A DNA stretch of 64,000 nucleotides. Origin: Octopus sinensis. Taxonomy: Eukaryota. How positions within the stretch are numbered: position 1 is the stretch's first letter; each line of letters begins with the position of its first letter. This document shows positions 51,591-64,000 of this stretch, one piece after another. The notes under the pieces are model-generated. The model was not told where the DNA came from. It searched no databases and saw only the letters and a program-made list of their open reading frames with translations. The stretch spans positions 79,298,001 to 79,362,000 of the forward strand of contig NC_043006.1 in NCBI RefSeq assembly GCF_006345805.1, given 5' to 3'. The translations under genes and the position numbers were made by a program.

Positions 51591-54500
51591 TTATAGTAAC
51601 ATTTATATCATAAAGCTCAAGCACTGACATCAATCTCCAACACATACAACATGGCCTGTTCTATTGTTGTGCTTCATTGTCAATGAAAGTCTTTTAAATT
51701 TTCCTTTTTAACAACAGGAACCATCTGTTCTGTTTGCTGTTGCGAACGATGACTTACTAACTGGTTGAGCACCACAGGTCCATGATCCGGCTCACTACTG
51801 TGTAAATATCACATTATTTTTTAAATCTTTCGTATGCATTCTAAACATTGAAGAAGCCTTTAATAGTCACTCAACCTGCTAGATATAGGACCCTACTGTC
51901 TTTAAAAAAAAAAAATGAAGGGCAGAATAGATGACATTGTCTTGGATAAGCAGCTATATCATCATCATCAGCTTCATCATTTTAATGTTCAGCTGTTTTA
52001 TGCTTGCAAAGGTCAGATTGAATTCACTGAAGTGGATTTTTTTTTTATGGCTGGATGCTCTTTCTGTCACTAACCCTCACACTTCCAAGCAAGATAATAT
52101 TTCCCATTGGTTGGATATGTTTCCATGGAAGATTTGAAAGGAACAACACCACTTATATGACAGTGACACTCATTTACAACTATCATGTACTGTCAAGATA
52201 AGGAGGCACGTACACCCCCCCACACACACACACACATGCACGAACATGTACACACACACACACCATTGGCTGCTACTTTCAGTTTTTGTCTACTAAATCA
52301 AAGCACAAAGCTCTGGACAGTCCAGATCTATAACAGAAGACACTTGCCCAAGGTGTCATACAACAGAACTGAACCAGAGACCACATGGTTGGGAAACAAA
52401 CTACTTAACCACTCAGCCATGTCTCTTATCATCATCATGCTCTACATCTGTTTTTCTATGCTTGCATGTGTTGGATGGATCTTTTCTAATACAACATTCC
52501 ATCACATGTATTCCTTTGTTCCTCAGATCAGCTTTTACCATTTTTGCTTATGTCTTCCTCAGATTTTTTTCCCTTCCAAAGGTTCCTTCAATTTAGATCT
52601 CTTGGCATTTCTTTCTTCATCCCATCTGTCATCATTTATCTTCATCATTGTCGTCATTTTAATGTCCACATTTCCGGACAGAAATTTGTGGATGTGGATT
52701 TTCTACAGCTGGATGCCCTTCCTGTCACCAACCAACACCTGTTTCCAAGCAAGGTGAGATTTTTTTGTTTGTTCCTTCTCAAGCCATGCCTGGCTCATAA
52801 GGGCCGGTTTCCCAGTTTCCTTGGCATATAGGTTCCCCACCTGGACGGAATGCCAGTCCGTTGCAGGTGCAGATGCAGGAGGAAAGAGTAAGAGAAAGTT
52901 GTTGTGAGAGAGTCAGCAGAAGTTCGCCATTAGCTTCTGTCGGAGCCACGTGGAGCTTAGGTGTTTCGCTCATAAACACACACATTGCCTGGTCTGAGAT
53001 TCGAACCTGCGATCCCTCAACCGCAAGTCCGCTGCTCTAACCACTAGGCCATGTGCCTTCACAAGGTGAGATTTCCCCAAAGACTGCTGCTTGCATGGCA
53101 GTGACATTTGTTTACAACAACCATGCAATGTCAAGGCAAAACGACAATAACATATACACACGTGCATGTGCGCATGACATGCTTCTGTCAATTTCTTATT
53201 TCTTTACTGCCCACAAGGGGCTAAACATAGAGGGGACAAACAAGGACAAAGGGATTAAGTCGATTACATCGACCCCAGTGAGTAACTGGTACTTAATTTA
53301 TCGACCCCGAAAAGATGAAAGGCAAAGTCGACCTCGGCGGAATTTGAACTCAGAACATAACAGCAGACAAAATACTGCTAAGCATTTCGCCCAGCGTGCT
53401 AATGTTTCTGCCAGCTCACTGCCTTTCCTTCTGTCAGTTTCTGCCAACCAAATCCACTCACAAATTTTAGGTTGACCCACAGCTACAGTACAAGACACTT
53501 GTCCAAGGTGCCATGCAGTGGGACTGAACCCAAACCCATGTGTTTGGGAAGCAAACTTCTTACCATTTTACCACACAGCCACACCTGCACTTGCTCATAC
53601 CAACATTACAGGTATGTAATGCATTTGAATAAAAACATGTGAATGATGACTAACATTACACACTCAGTGGAGCATGCTTACTTCAGTTCCATTAAACATG
53701 TCCTTGTCCAGTCTCTGTGTAATTCAATATCCTGATGCACTGCTGACAAAACATTGACTAGTTCCTTTATTTTCTTCATCAACATTAGAAACCTTCCAAA
53801 AGAATTACTAGCAAACACTGTCCATTTTTCTAAAGCAGAATTACTTTTGTAGAATTTTTTTTTTCCTAAAAGCAGGAAAAAGACCCAGCTACTACGAAGA
53901 CCACACACTAGCCAGTCTGCTCCAAAGCTGTATTCACTTTCAAAATTCCCAGCAAGATGAAAGACTCTGCAGATCAAGAGAAACTTCAGACGTGTAAACT
54001 TGAAATTCCTAAAAAATAAAGAAGTCCTTCCTTCAATGTCAAACCGGGTAGCTTAGCTAGTTAGCTAGTAAGTTAGTTTGTTAATTCATTAGTTAGTTGA
54101 AAGATTTGCCTTCAAGACTAAACCAGACATTGACCCAGAAAAGTAAATAAAACCATTTCAAAAGATCACACACATACACTAGAATTAACTACACTGCGTG
54201 GCAAAAGTATGTGACTACCAAACCACCACACACACATCTTACCCTGTCCCATTCTCCCACTCAAAGTAAAAGCAATTTGGGACTGGCTTGATGGCTCCCC
54301 ACACATACAGCACAATACTTTTAAAAAGTTATAAAGCACCCTCCAGACACACACATGAAGAAAAATACGAAATAATCTTCCTAAAATAACACACAAGGTT
54401 TGTAAAAGTTAGAAACCCTATTGGTAATTCTAGACTGTGTTTAAAGGATTAAAAAGAGCACTCTGTGTTGTTTGTGTGTGCAAGTGTGTGAGTGTGAGAG

Positions 54501-56203
54501 TCTGTGCAACTGTGTGTGTGTGTGTGTATGCATGTGTATGAGCATGTATGTGTGCATGTGGGTGAGTGTGTATATGTGTCAGAGTGTCTGTGTGCATGTG
54601 TGTGAAAGTCTATGTCTGTGAGTGTGTGTGTGTATGGGTTTTTGCATGTGTGCATGTATCTGTGTGTGGGTGTATCAGTGTGTGCCTCTGTGTGTGTGTG
54701 TGTGTGTGAAGAAATTAAGACCAGATGATTTAAAGTGGTGTGTTACTAGAAAAATAAATTTTCTATTTTCTTTGTTTTTTTTCTTTTCTTTTTGCTTTTT
54801 TTTTTTTTTCCTTGAGAGGGGTCCCCCAGGGTGGGGGGAAGAGGAGTTGAACTGCAGATGTTTGTTAGTTTTTGTTTTAATTTTCTTTCTGTGTGGTTAA
54901 GAAGCTCCGTTTGCACCACATGGTTTCGGGTTCAGTTCCATGAAACATCACCTTGGGCAAGCGTCTTCTGCTATATACCTCTTGGACAACCAGTGCCTTG
55001 TGAGTGAATTTGATTGACAGACGGAAACTGCATGGAAGCCCATCATGTGTTTCGCTGGGGGGGATGGGGTGCATGTTTGTCTCACAATCTCACCAATTGA
55101 AAACCAGTGTTGGTTTGTTTACATCCCTTTAACTTAGCAGTTTGGCAAAAATAAAACCAATACAGTAAGTAACAGACTTAAAAAGAAATCACAAGTACTG
55201 AGGTTGGTTTGTTCAACTAAAATTCATCAAGGAGGTGCTCCAGCATGGCCACAGTCCAATGACTGAAACAAGTAAAAAGATAACATACACACATTATATA
55301 TTCTTTTATTCTTTTACTTATTTCAGTCATTTGACTGGGGCCATGCTGGAGCACCACCTTCAGTCAAACAGATCAAACCCAGGACTTATTCTTTGTAAAC
55401 TGAGTACTTATTCTATCAGCCTCTTTTGCCAAACCACTAAGTTATAGGGATGTAAAAATCAACATCGGTTGACGAGCGATGGTGGGTGGGTGGGGCAAAC
55501 ACAGACACATACAAATATATATAGGCATAGGTGTAGGAGTGGCTGTGTGGTAAGTAGCTTGCTTACGAACCACATGGTTCCGGGTTCAGTCCCACTGCTT
55601 GGCACCATGGGCAAGTGTCTTCTACTATAGCCTCGGGCCGACCAAAGCCTTGTGAGTGGATTTGGTAGACAGAAACTGAAAGAAGCCTATCGTATATGTG
55701 TATGCATATATATGTGTGTGTGTGTGTGTGTGTTTGTCCTCCCAACATCACTTGACAACCGATGTTGGTGTGTTTACATCCCCGTAACTTAGCAGTTCGG
55801 CAAAAGAGACCGATAGAATAAGTACTATGCTTACAAAGAATAAGGCCTGGTATTGATTTGCTCGACTAAAGGCGGTGCTCCAGCATGGCCACAGTCAAAT
55901 GACTGAAACAAGTAAAAGAGTAAAGGAGTTTGACTGACGATTGGCAAGCCAGTAGGCTGCACCAGACTTCAATCTGATCTGGCAAGGTTTATACAAGTGG
56001 ATGAACTTATATATATATATATATATATATATAAAGCACCTACTACATTCTCAGAGTGGTTGGCATTAGGAAGAGCATTGTGCTGTAGAAACTTTGCCAG
56101 ATCAAACTGGAGCCCGGTGCAGCCTTCTTGCTCGCCAGCCTTCAGTCTAACCGTCCAACCCATGCCAGCATGGAAAGCAGACATTAAACAATGATGATGA
56201 TTA

Positions 56204-56244
<41 letters not shown>

Positions 56245-59200
56245 ACACGGCTCAGTGGTTAGAGTGTCAGGCTCACAATCATGAGATAGTGAGTTCGATT
56301 CCCAGACGGGGCTGTGTGTTGTGTTCTTGAGCAAGACACTTTATTTCACATTGCTCCAGCTTACTCAGTCGTAGAAATGAGTTGCAATGTCACTGGTGCC
56401 AAGCTGTATCATTATTTGCTTTTCCCTTGGATATCATTGGTGGCATGGAGAGGGGAGGCTTTTTTGCATGGGCGACTACTGGTCTTCCAAAAACAACCTT
56501 GCCCAAATTTGTGCCTAGGAGAAGAACTTTCAAGGTACAATCCGATGGTCATCATGACCGAAGGGGGTCTTTATCCTTTATACACACATACACACCCGAT
56601 GAGCTTCTTTCAGTTTCCATCTACCAAATCCTCTCACAGGCTTTGACTGGCTCAAGGCTATAGTAAAAGACACTTGCCCGAGGTACCATGCAGTGGAACT
56701 GAACCCGGAACTATGCAGTTGGGAAGTAATCCTCTTATCACAGAACCACTCCTGCACCTATACAAGCACAGGAGTTTTATATACAGGATTATAGCATAAA
56801 GTTTTTTTTCTATTATTATTCATATTTGATATTTTCTTTTAATACATGAGAGAAGGAAAATTAGTTTATAAAAGTAAAAGAACATCATAAATTTGTTGTA
56901 TGAGTACCTATGCATGTATACATGTGTGTGAGTGAGAAAGAGAGATATGTGAATAAGAGGAAGAGAGAGAAACTTTGTGTACATTTGTCTGTGTGTGTGT
57001 GTGTTTGTGTGTGCATGTGCACACGCGCATGTGTTCATGTATGAAAAAAAGTGGTGAGCAGATAAAAAAAAACGGATGAAAGCTAAAATGTCTGGGGAAC
57101 GGAACAATGAAGGGGAAAAAATGAAATTATGTACATGAGAGAAGTGTAAGTTATGACACACACACACAAATAAGTACGTGTGTGTGTGTGACAGAGAGAG
57201 AAAGAGAGGGAGAGAGACAAAAAGGGAAAAATGCTCCTCAAAAGAAAAGATATATTGTAACCTTAACAGTTACCATTTTGTGAATGGAAGCATCAGTCAT
57301 GAAGTAAATTGGAAACAGATTTCATGAATTAAGCTTGAATGACAAAATAAAAAAAGAAAAATATTTAAAAAAAAAAAAAATTAAAAATGGAAAGTGGAGT
57401 AGGAAATCAGTGTGGATGGGTATGGAAAGAGCGGGTTATGGCATTGAAGCGAAGAATGGAAAAGTGTCGGCTTTATGTTAGAACACGCAGCTTAAGAAGG
57501 TGTAAACCCCACCGAACAGAAATGGCTAACAAACGCAAAAAAGAAAAGAAGAAAAACAGAGAGAAAAAGGGAAAAAAACAATGAAGAAACAAATTATATA
57601 GCATGTGTGTGTGTGTGTGTGTGCACATGTGCATGTACATGTATTTGTGTGTGTGTATGGGGACATGTATTTGAGCTGGCAATTCAAGACTTCACTTTTA
57701 ATTGCCTATAATAAAGCACTTTGCAATCTTAACTGTTTTCATCTAAACTTACATAAATGCCTACAACATTCAACACTTCAGTCCAAATGTGAGAAAATCA
57801 TCGCACCAATCAAGAACACATGCTGGCGATTAGGCAGCGGAGGCAGCCAGCTGGCCGGCCGGCCTGTTTAACCAATGAGAAAGCCCTCAATACAGTTGCT
57901 CAGTCTGCTAGAAACACCAGCTAGCCAGCCAGCCAGTCCCCTTCATCCATCCCTCAAATCACACTCTAGGGCAGATGTGAAGGGACCTGACCTTTAAAAA
58001 AAAACTAAAGTGTGACCTTCTGAAAGAAGTATAAAGGTTAACTCTTTTGTTACCCTATCTTTGTTGAAATACACTATAATGGTTTCAAATGGTTTTGAAA
58101 ATAATAAAGAATTCAGTAAAATAACTTTTTAGCATTCACATTTTTCTCCTCAAAAGTAAAGGATAAAGAAAGACCCCCACCACCTTTGGTCATGAATGAC
58201 CATGGGATTGCACCTAGAAAGTTACCCTCCGAGGCACAAGTCTGGGTATGTTTGTTTATGGAATACCAGCAATTTCCCATGCATACCAGCTTCCCCTCTT
58301 CGTGCCACCGATGTTATCCAAGAGAAAGGCAAAGGCCAATACAGCTTGGCACCAGTGATGTTGCAACTCATTTCTACAGTTTAGTGAAATGGAGTAACAT
58401 GAAATAAAGTCTCTTGCTCAAGAACACAACACACAACCTGGTCCAGGCATCGAACACACTACCTCTTGATTGTGAGCCCAACACTCTAACCACTGAGCTA
58501 TGAGCCTTCACTTCCTCAAAAGTAATATTTATTAACATTGTTTTGGATTAACCAGGTATTGTCTTGCAGCTTTGAGATTCTGATGAGGTAACTTAATTTT
58601 TACAATGATACTGTGGGGTCAGTGTGAGAGGCCATATCTGGAGGAATATTTTTGGCTGGATATGGTTGGTTTATATGTTAAAGGGTTAAACTGGTACTTG
58701 GAACATTAACATAAAAATTTGATGGAAGGTTATAATCTACATCAAATGATGGAAGGATAATTTTATAAAAGAATCTTTGTGTCACAGAAGTAGAGATGGT
58801 CCCAGTTGGACTGGTATTAACAGGATTAAAGGAAAGTCATACTTAACTTAACTATAAATATATACATTTTTATATATATTCCCAGACCCCAGTTGAACCA
58901 TTCCAACCCATGCTAGCATGGAAAATGGACGTTAAACGATGATGATGATGATGATGATATACGATGGGCTTCTTTCAGTATCATAGTAATTTAATAAAAG
59001 AGGGTGATAGGATAACTACCAGGCATTTTTTTTTTCAAATAAGTACTGGAATTCATTTGTTTAACTAAACCTTCAAAGCAATGCCCCAGCATGGTCGCAG
59101 TCAAATGACTGAAACAAGTAAAAAAACTAAAAGAAAGATACGTTGGCATACAAAAAAAGCTGGCACAGAAATCCATCCCAAGTTATTGGCCTTCAGTCAC

Positions 59201-59339
59201 TGGTTTAACATCTATTTTTCCATGCTAGCATGGGTTAGATGGAGACTTATTTGAGGCAGGATTTTATGGCTACAAATCTTTCTGATCAAAACACATATCT
59301 CCCCACCACCACTACTATTATTCATTTTTAATTGTTGCC

Positions 59340-59700
59340 ATACAAAGAAGACTACCTAGAATAGAAATGACTCAGTAGATATGGAATCCTAGACAACAGG
59401 ATCTTAGAACAAGATTTCTTATACCACATCTGGCAGTAAGAAAGATTCTGGAGTGGTTTTAATAAGTTTCTAAACATCTGGCAATCAAGTGTTTCAAAGT
59501 TAATGAAGCTGACCTCCTTTAGGCAATGTGCAGACAACATTCCCTTCTACAGAGCTGAAACCTAGACTGTGAGAAAATAGCTTGAAGATCACCTTGAAAA
59601 TACGTACATCAGGCTTTTCATGAAAGCTCAAGACAGTTCATAATGTGAGAACAAGACCAAAGAGGTGATTCATGGGCACTCCCCACCAATATCTTCTATT
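59340..59700 (+). mobile_element. Highly decayed LINE RT C-terminal fragment (RTE-like)
   Basis: Disrupted translation resembling ETWT....LE......YIR.F.KA....H.TKE.IHG.LP, with many stops. Confidence 0.4.
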
Positions 59701-59879
59701 ATTAGTTAACCCCTTAGAATTCAAACTAGCCATGTCAGAGCCTAACTATTCTACCTGTTTTATGTTTATACTAACCAGATATGGCCTCTTACACCTTCCC
59801 TATAATATCATTCTAAAAATAAACAATCACATCAGCAAAATCTCAGAGCTACAATATAAATCAGGATTAATACAAAACA

Positions 59880-60298
59880 GTATGATCGTTACCAGTGTCG
59901 CCTTACTGGCACTTGTGCCCCGTGCTAGTAGGGTGCTAAGAGCACCATCCGTGTGTGATCATTGCCAGAACAGCTAACTGGCTTCCGTGCCAGTGGCACG
60001 TAAAAGGCACCATTCGAGCGTGATCGTCACCTTACTGGCACCTGTGCCGGTGGCATGTGTAAAATAAATTCAAGCGAGGTCGTTGCCAGTACCACCTGAC
60101 TGGCCCGCATGCTGGTGGCACATAAAAGCACCCACTACACTCTTGGAGTCTTTGACGTTAGGAAGAGCATCCAGCTGTAGAAACTCTGCCAGGTTAAGAC
60201 TGGAGCCTGGTGCAGCCATCTGGTTCGCCAGCCCTCAGTCAAATCATCCAACCCATGCTAGCATGGAAAGCGGACGTTAAACGATGATGATGATGATG
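59880..60298 (+). mobile_element. RT-less element made of the RTE 3' UTR (60-bp repeats plus (GAT)n tail)
   Basis: Same sequence as the RTE 3' end. Similar copies at about 721-1140, 27598-28020, 35340-35750 and 46575-46940. Confidence 0.8.
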
Positions 60299-60507
60299 AA
60301 TGTGAATAAGCAAGCATTACATTTGGCAGAATAATCTGAATGCTAAGGAGTTAATGCAAAAACATCACTGACCTCTGCTTTTAAGCTGAACACCACAACA
60401 TATCAGATGTTATATTTTGGAGACTTCTATACTCTAAAAGGGGATGAAGACCACTCACTTACACCATCATTATCATCACCATCATTATTATTATTATCAA
60501 AATTTAA

Positions 60508-60728
60508 CCCTTTCATTACCGAATTTATTTTGAGATGCTCTGTGTTTCTTTCAATTATTTTAAATATAACAAAGAATTTAGTAAAATAACTTAGTTATCA
60601 TCAAGCTAGTGTTAGGAACATAAATTGTGACTAAGATTTGGTGGAAGATTTTAATTCAAGACTTATGAAAACAAGACATTTATGCTACAGAGCCAGAGCC
60701 GGTTTCAGCCGGGTTGGTAACGAAAGGG
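60508..60728. mobile_element. piggyBac-type MITE, same family as 47426-47639
   Basis: TTAA duplication, CCCTTTCATTACC...GGTAACGAAAGGG, and collinear internal sequence. Confidence 0.85.
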
Positions 60729-61456
60729 TTAACTTCCACTTTCCCATGCCTGAATGGGTCAGATGGAATTAGTTGAAGCAGATTTTCTATGGCTGGATAT
60801 CCTTCCTGTCATCAACCTTCATTTGTTTCCAAATAAGATAATATTTCCCATGTCCGAACATGTATTCCATGAAAGATTGGAAACAAACACTGCATGTATG
60901 ATGGCGATGCTTACTTACAACCATCATGTGATGTCACTCATACACATTAAGTGCTTCTTTCAGTTTCCGCCAACCAAATCCACCCACAAAGCTTTAGCTG
61001 GTCCAAGATCAAAGTAGAACACACTTGCCCAAAGTGCCATGCAATGAGACAGAACCAAAGACCACATGTTTGGGAAGCAAGTTTTAAAACCGCACAGCCA
61101 TGCCTGCACCTACAGTGATTATTATTGATAGAGACACACAACATGAAATTACGGCCCTACCATAGCTAATGGAGACAGAGATTTCTGGTGCAGTCTGGTA
61201 AAATGCATCTCAATTGCAGCTGCATGAAGAACAAGAAGAAGGCAATTACACTCACAGTTATTTCATTGAGTCGCGAGGTCAGACTCTTTAAATTTTTACA
61301 TACTACATTTTATCTTGTTGACACATCATAACAGGGCAATTTTAGCAGAAAAGTTACTAGCAGTAAACTAGTGTTCCACCAGACAAAAAATCTGGTTCTC
61401 ATTTGTTTAATGCTTTCAAATCTAATAATCAACACTGACACTGTGCATGTGTGTGA

Positions 61457-61495
<39 letters not shown>

Positions 61496-61924
61496 TGTAT
61501 GTATGCATATACTTTTCCTCCCATGTCCATTGTTACGCATTCAGCGTACAAGATGGAATGCTGACTCGACAATACGTTTATGGTACTGTCAGCAACATAC
61601 CAAATAGAGGAATTGTAGGTACCTATGATGAAGGTTTGTCTTGCTTTCACTACGAATGCAAAAAAAAAACAGTGAACACTTAAGCTCAAACTGAAGCCAA
61701 AATCTCTGAGAGGAATAGGGAGAAAAACCATGGAAAGAGGCGAAGGGATTGTGAACAAACGAAGCTATGAATAATTCTTCCTGCTCGGTTATATCAACCC
61801 CAGCGCTCAACTGTTACGTATTTTATCGACCCTGAAAGGATGAAAGGCAAAGTCGACCATGGCGGAATTTGAACTCAAACCATAAAGATGGATGACATGC
61901 CACTAGGGGAATGGAAAGTCAGAA

Positions 61925-62190
61925 GAGGATGGGTGGGGTGAAGGAGAAGGGGTGAGGGGGGAGTGAAGAGGAGGAGGAGAGGGGAGGTGTGGAGGGGAGG
62001 GGAGGAGGAGAGTGAAGAGCAGGAGAGTGAAGAGGAGGAGGAGAGTGAAGAGCAGGAGAGTGGAGGGGAGGAGGAGAATGAAGAGCAGGAGAGTGAAGAG
62101 GAGGAGGAGAGTGAAGAGGGGGACGAGAAGGAAGAGAAGGAGGAGTGAGGAAGAGAGGAAGAAGAAGAAGAAGAAGAAGAAGAATCAACC
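61925..62190. repeat. GAG/GAA-rich low-complexity tract with a ~24-bp sub-period
   Basis: Repeated gaggaggagagtgaagagcaggag units. Confidence 0.88.
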
Positions 62191-64000
62191 CCAATATTGC
62201 AATGGTACTTTATTAACCATAAGAAAGAAAGGCACAATATTTCAACAGAAATATGAAAGATGCAGGTATGGCTGTGCAGTTAAGAAGTTCACTTTGCAAT
62301 CATGTGGGTTTGGGTTCAATCTCACAGTGCATCACCATGGGCAGGTTTTCATCTATTATAGCTACAGGCCAACCAATGCCTTGTGAACGAATTTCAAGAT
62401 GGAAACTGTGTGGAAGCCCATTATGCATGTGTGTGCATGTGTATCTTTGTTCGTCCACCATCATCACCTACACCAACCAAAGTTGGTTTGTTTATGTCTC
62501 ACATAACTTAGCAGTTCAGCAAAAGAGTACAAGTCTTAAAAAATATACATGTACAAAAAACCCTTTTGAGGCAGTGCTCCAGCATGGCCAGAAGCAAATC
62601 AGTGCCAAAGAATCAATCTCTGAGACCTTATTGATCTCCTGTTCAATGAATACAACAGTAACAAGAACAACACCCATCACAAATAGAGGGACCCCACCCC
62701 CACCAGTCATGAATGACTATGGGATTGCACAAGTCTGGGCAAGATTGTTTATGGAAGACTAGCAGTCACCTATGCATACCAGCCTCTCCTTTCCACATTA
62801 CCAATGTTGTCCAAGGGAAAGGCAAAGGGGCCGATACAGTTTGGCACCAGTGATGTCACAACTCATTTCTACAGCTCAGTGAACAAGAGCAACATGAAAT
62901 GAGGGGTCTTGCTCAAGAACACAACATGCAGCCCGGTCCGGGATTCGAACACACTACCTCATGATTGTCAACATTAAAACGCCTTTCAATATCACACGTT
63001 TACTCTTTTATTCTTTTACTTGTTTCAGTCATTTGACTGTGACCATGCTAGAGGATTGCCTTTTAGTCGAACAAATCGACCCCAGAACTTATTCTTTGTA
63101 AGCCTAGTACTTATTCTATCGGTCTCTTTTGCTGAACCGCTAAGTTACGGGGATGTGTGGTAAGTAGCTTGCTAACCAACCACACGGTTGCGGGTTCGGT
63201 CCCACTGCGTGGCATCTTGGGCAAGTGTCTTCTGCTATAGCCCCGGGCCGACCAATGCCTTGTGAGTGGATTTGGTAGACGGAAACTGAAAGAAGCCTGT
63301 CGTATATATGTATATATATGTATATGTGTCTGTGTTTGTGTGTCTGTGTTTGTCCCCCTAGCATTGCTTGACAACCGATGCTGGTGTGTTTAGGTCCCCG
63401 TCACTTAGCGGTTCGGCAAAAAAAAGAGACCGATAGAATAAGTACTAAAAGGTGGTGCTCCAGCATGGCCGCAGTCAAAATGACAGAAACGAGTAAAAGA
63501 GTATACCAGCACCAGTTGTCAAGCGATATTGGGGATACAAACACAGACACACAAACATATACACATACATACATATATATATATATATGACAGGCTTCTT
63601 TCAGTTTCCGTTTACCAAATCCACTCACAAGGCTTTGGTTGGCCTGAGGCTATAGTAGAAGACACTTGCCCAAGGTGCCACGCAGTGGGACTGAACCCGG
63701 AACCATGTGGTCGGTAAGCAAGATACTTACCACACAGCCACTCCTGGACCTATAGAACTTATTTAGTAATAATTGTTGTTGTTGTTGTTCTGTAGCCCTA
63801 GGCCAGCCCTGAGTGAGCAAAACTATGATCAACAGCATTTTGAAAACTACATTACACTATCCAATATACCCTTCCTTCTTTTTATGTTCAGTGACATAAA
63901 CACATAAAGAGAATTATATATTTGCTTCCCGTGCCAAAAAAAAGCACTCACCAAAACAAGTTCCATATCCAGGCAGCTGTGCCAAATTCTTTTCTACTCT

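Noticed and set aside
50973-51645. Several 140-200-aa ORFs rich in Y/I/H/T/C/V
   Set aside because: They are translations of a TA/CA microsatellite.
57780-57900. Two CCAAT motifs and a GC-rich patch as a possible promoter
   Set aside because: No first exon or other promoter evidence lies nearby, and the motifs are too short to be informative.

Overview
AT-rich, repeat-dense animal genomic DNA, most likely Octopus, inferred from the SINE/RTE repertoire and microsatellite load. The only host gene I can support is a GAP1-family Ras GAP (RASA3/RASA2-like) on the minus strand. Three phase-compatible exons encoding its first C2 domain lie at 48703-48823, 7505-7598 and 478-579, separated by introns of about 41.1 kb and 6.9 kb. 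The introns hold tRNA-derived SINEs, RTE and R4/Dong LINE fragments, a decayed full-length mariner, Tc1- and Tigger-like fragments, piggyBac-type MITEs and a non-autonomous Helitron. The most notable element is a very young, 5'-truncated Penelope-like retroelement at 5014-7136. It resembles the Naiad type, has an intact GIY-YIG ORF and a 252-bp inverted terminal copy, and sits in a (TA)n tract. Its repeat folds into a type I hammerhead ribozyme. The antisense of that ribozyme core forms a 3' splice site in frame with host exon 7505-7598, so a C2-GIY-YIG fusion transcript is possible. Two other TA-flanked inserts (17606-18103 and about 31257-31530) each carry a minimal hammerhead with the same compensatory U3-A8 core variant. 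All folds and homologies were judged by eye, and none were computed.
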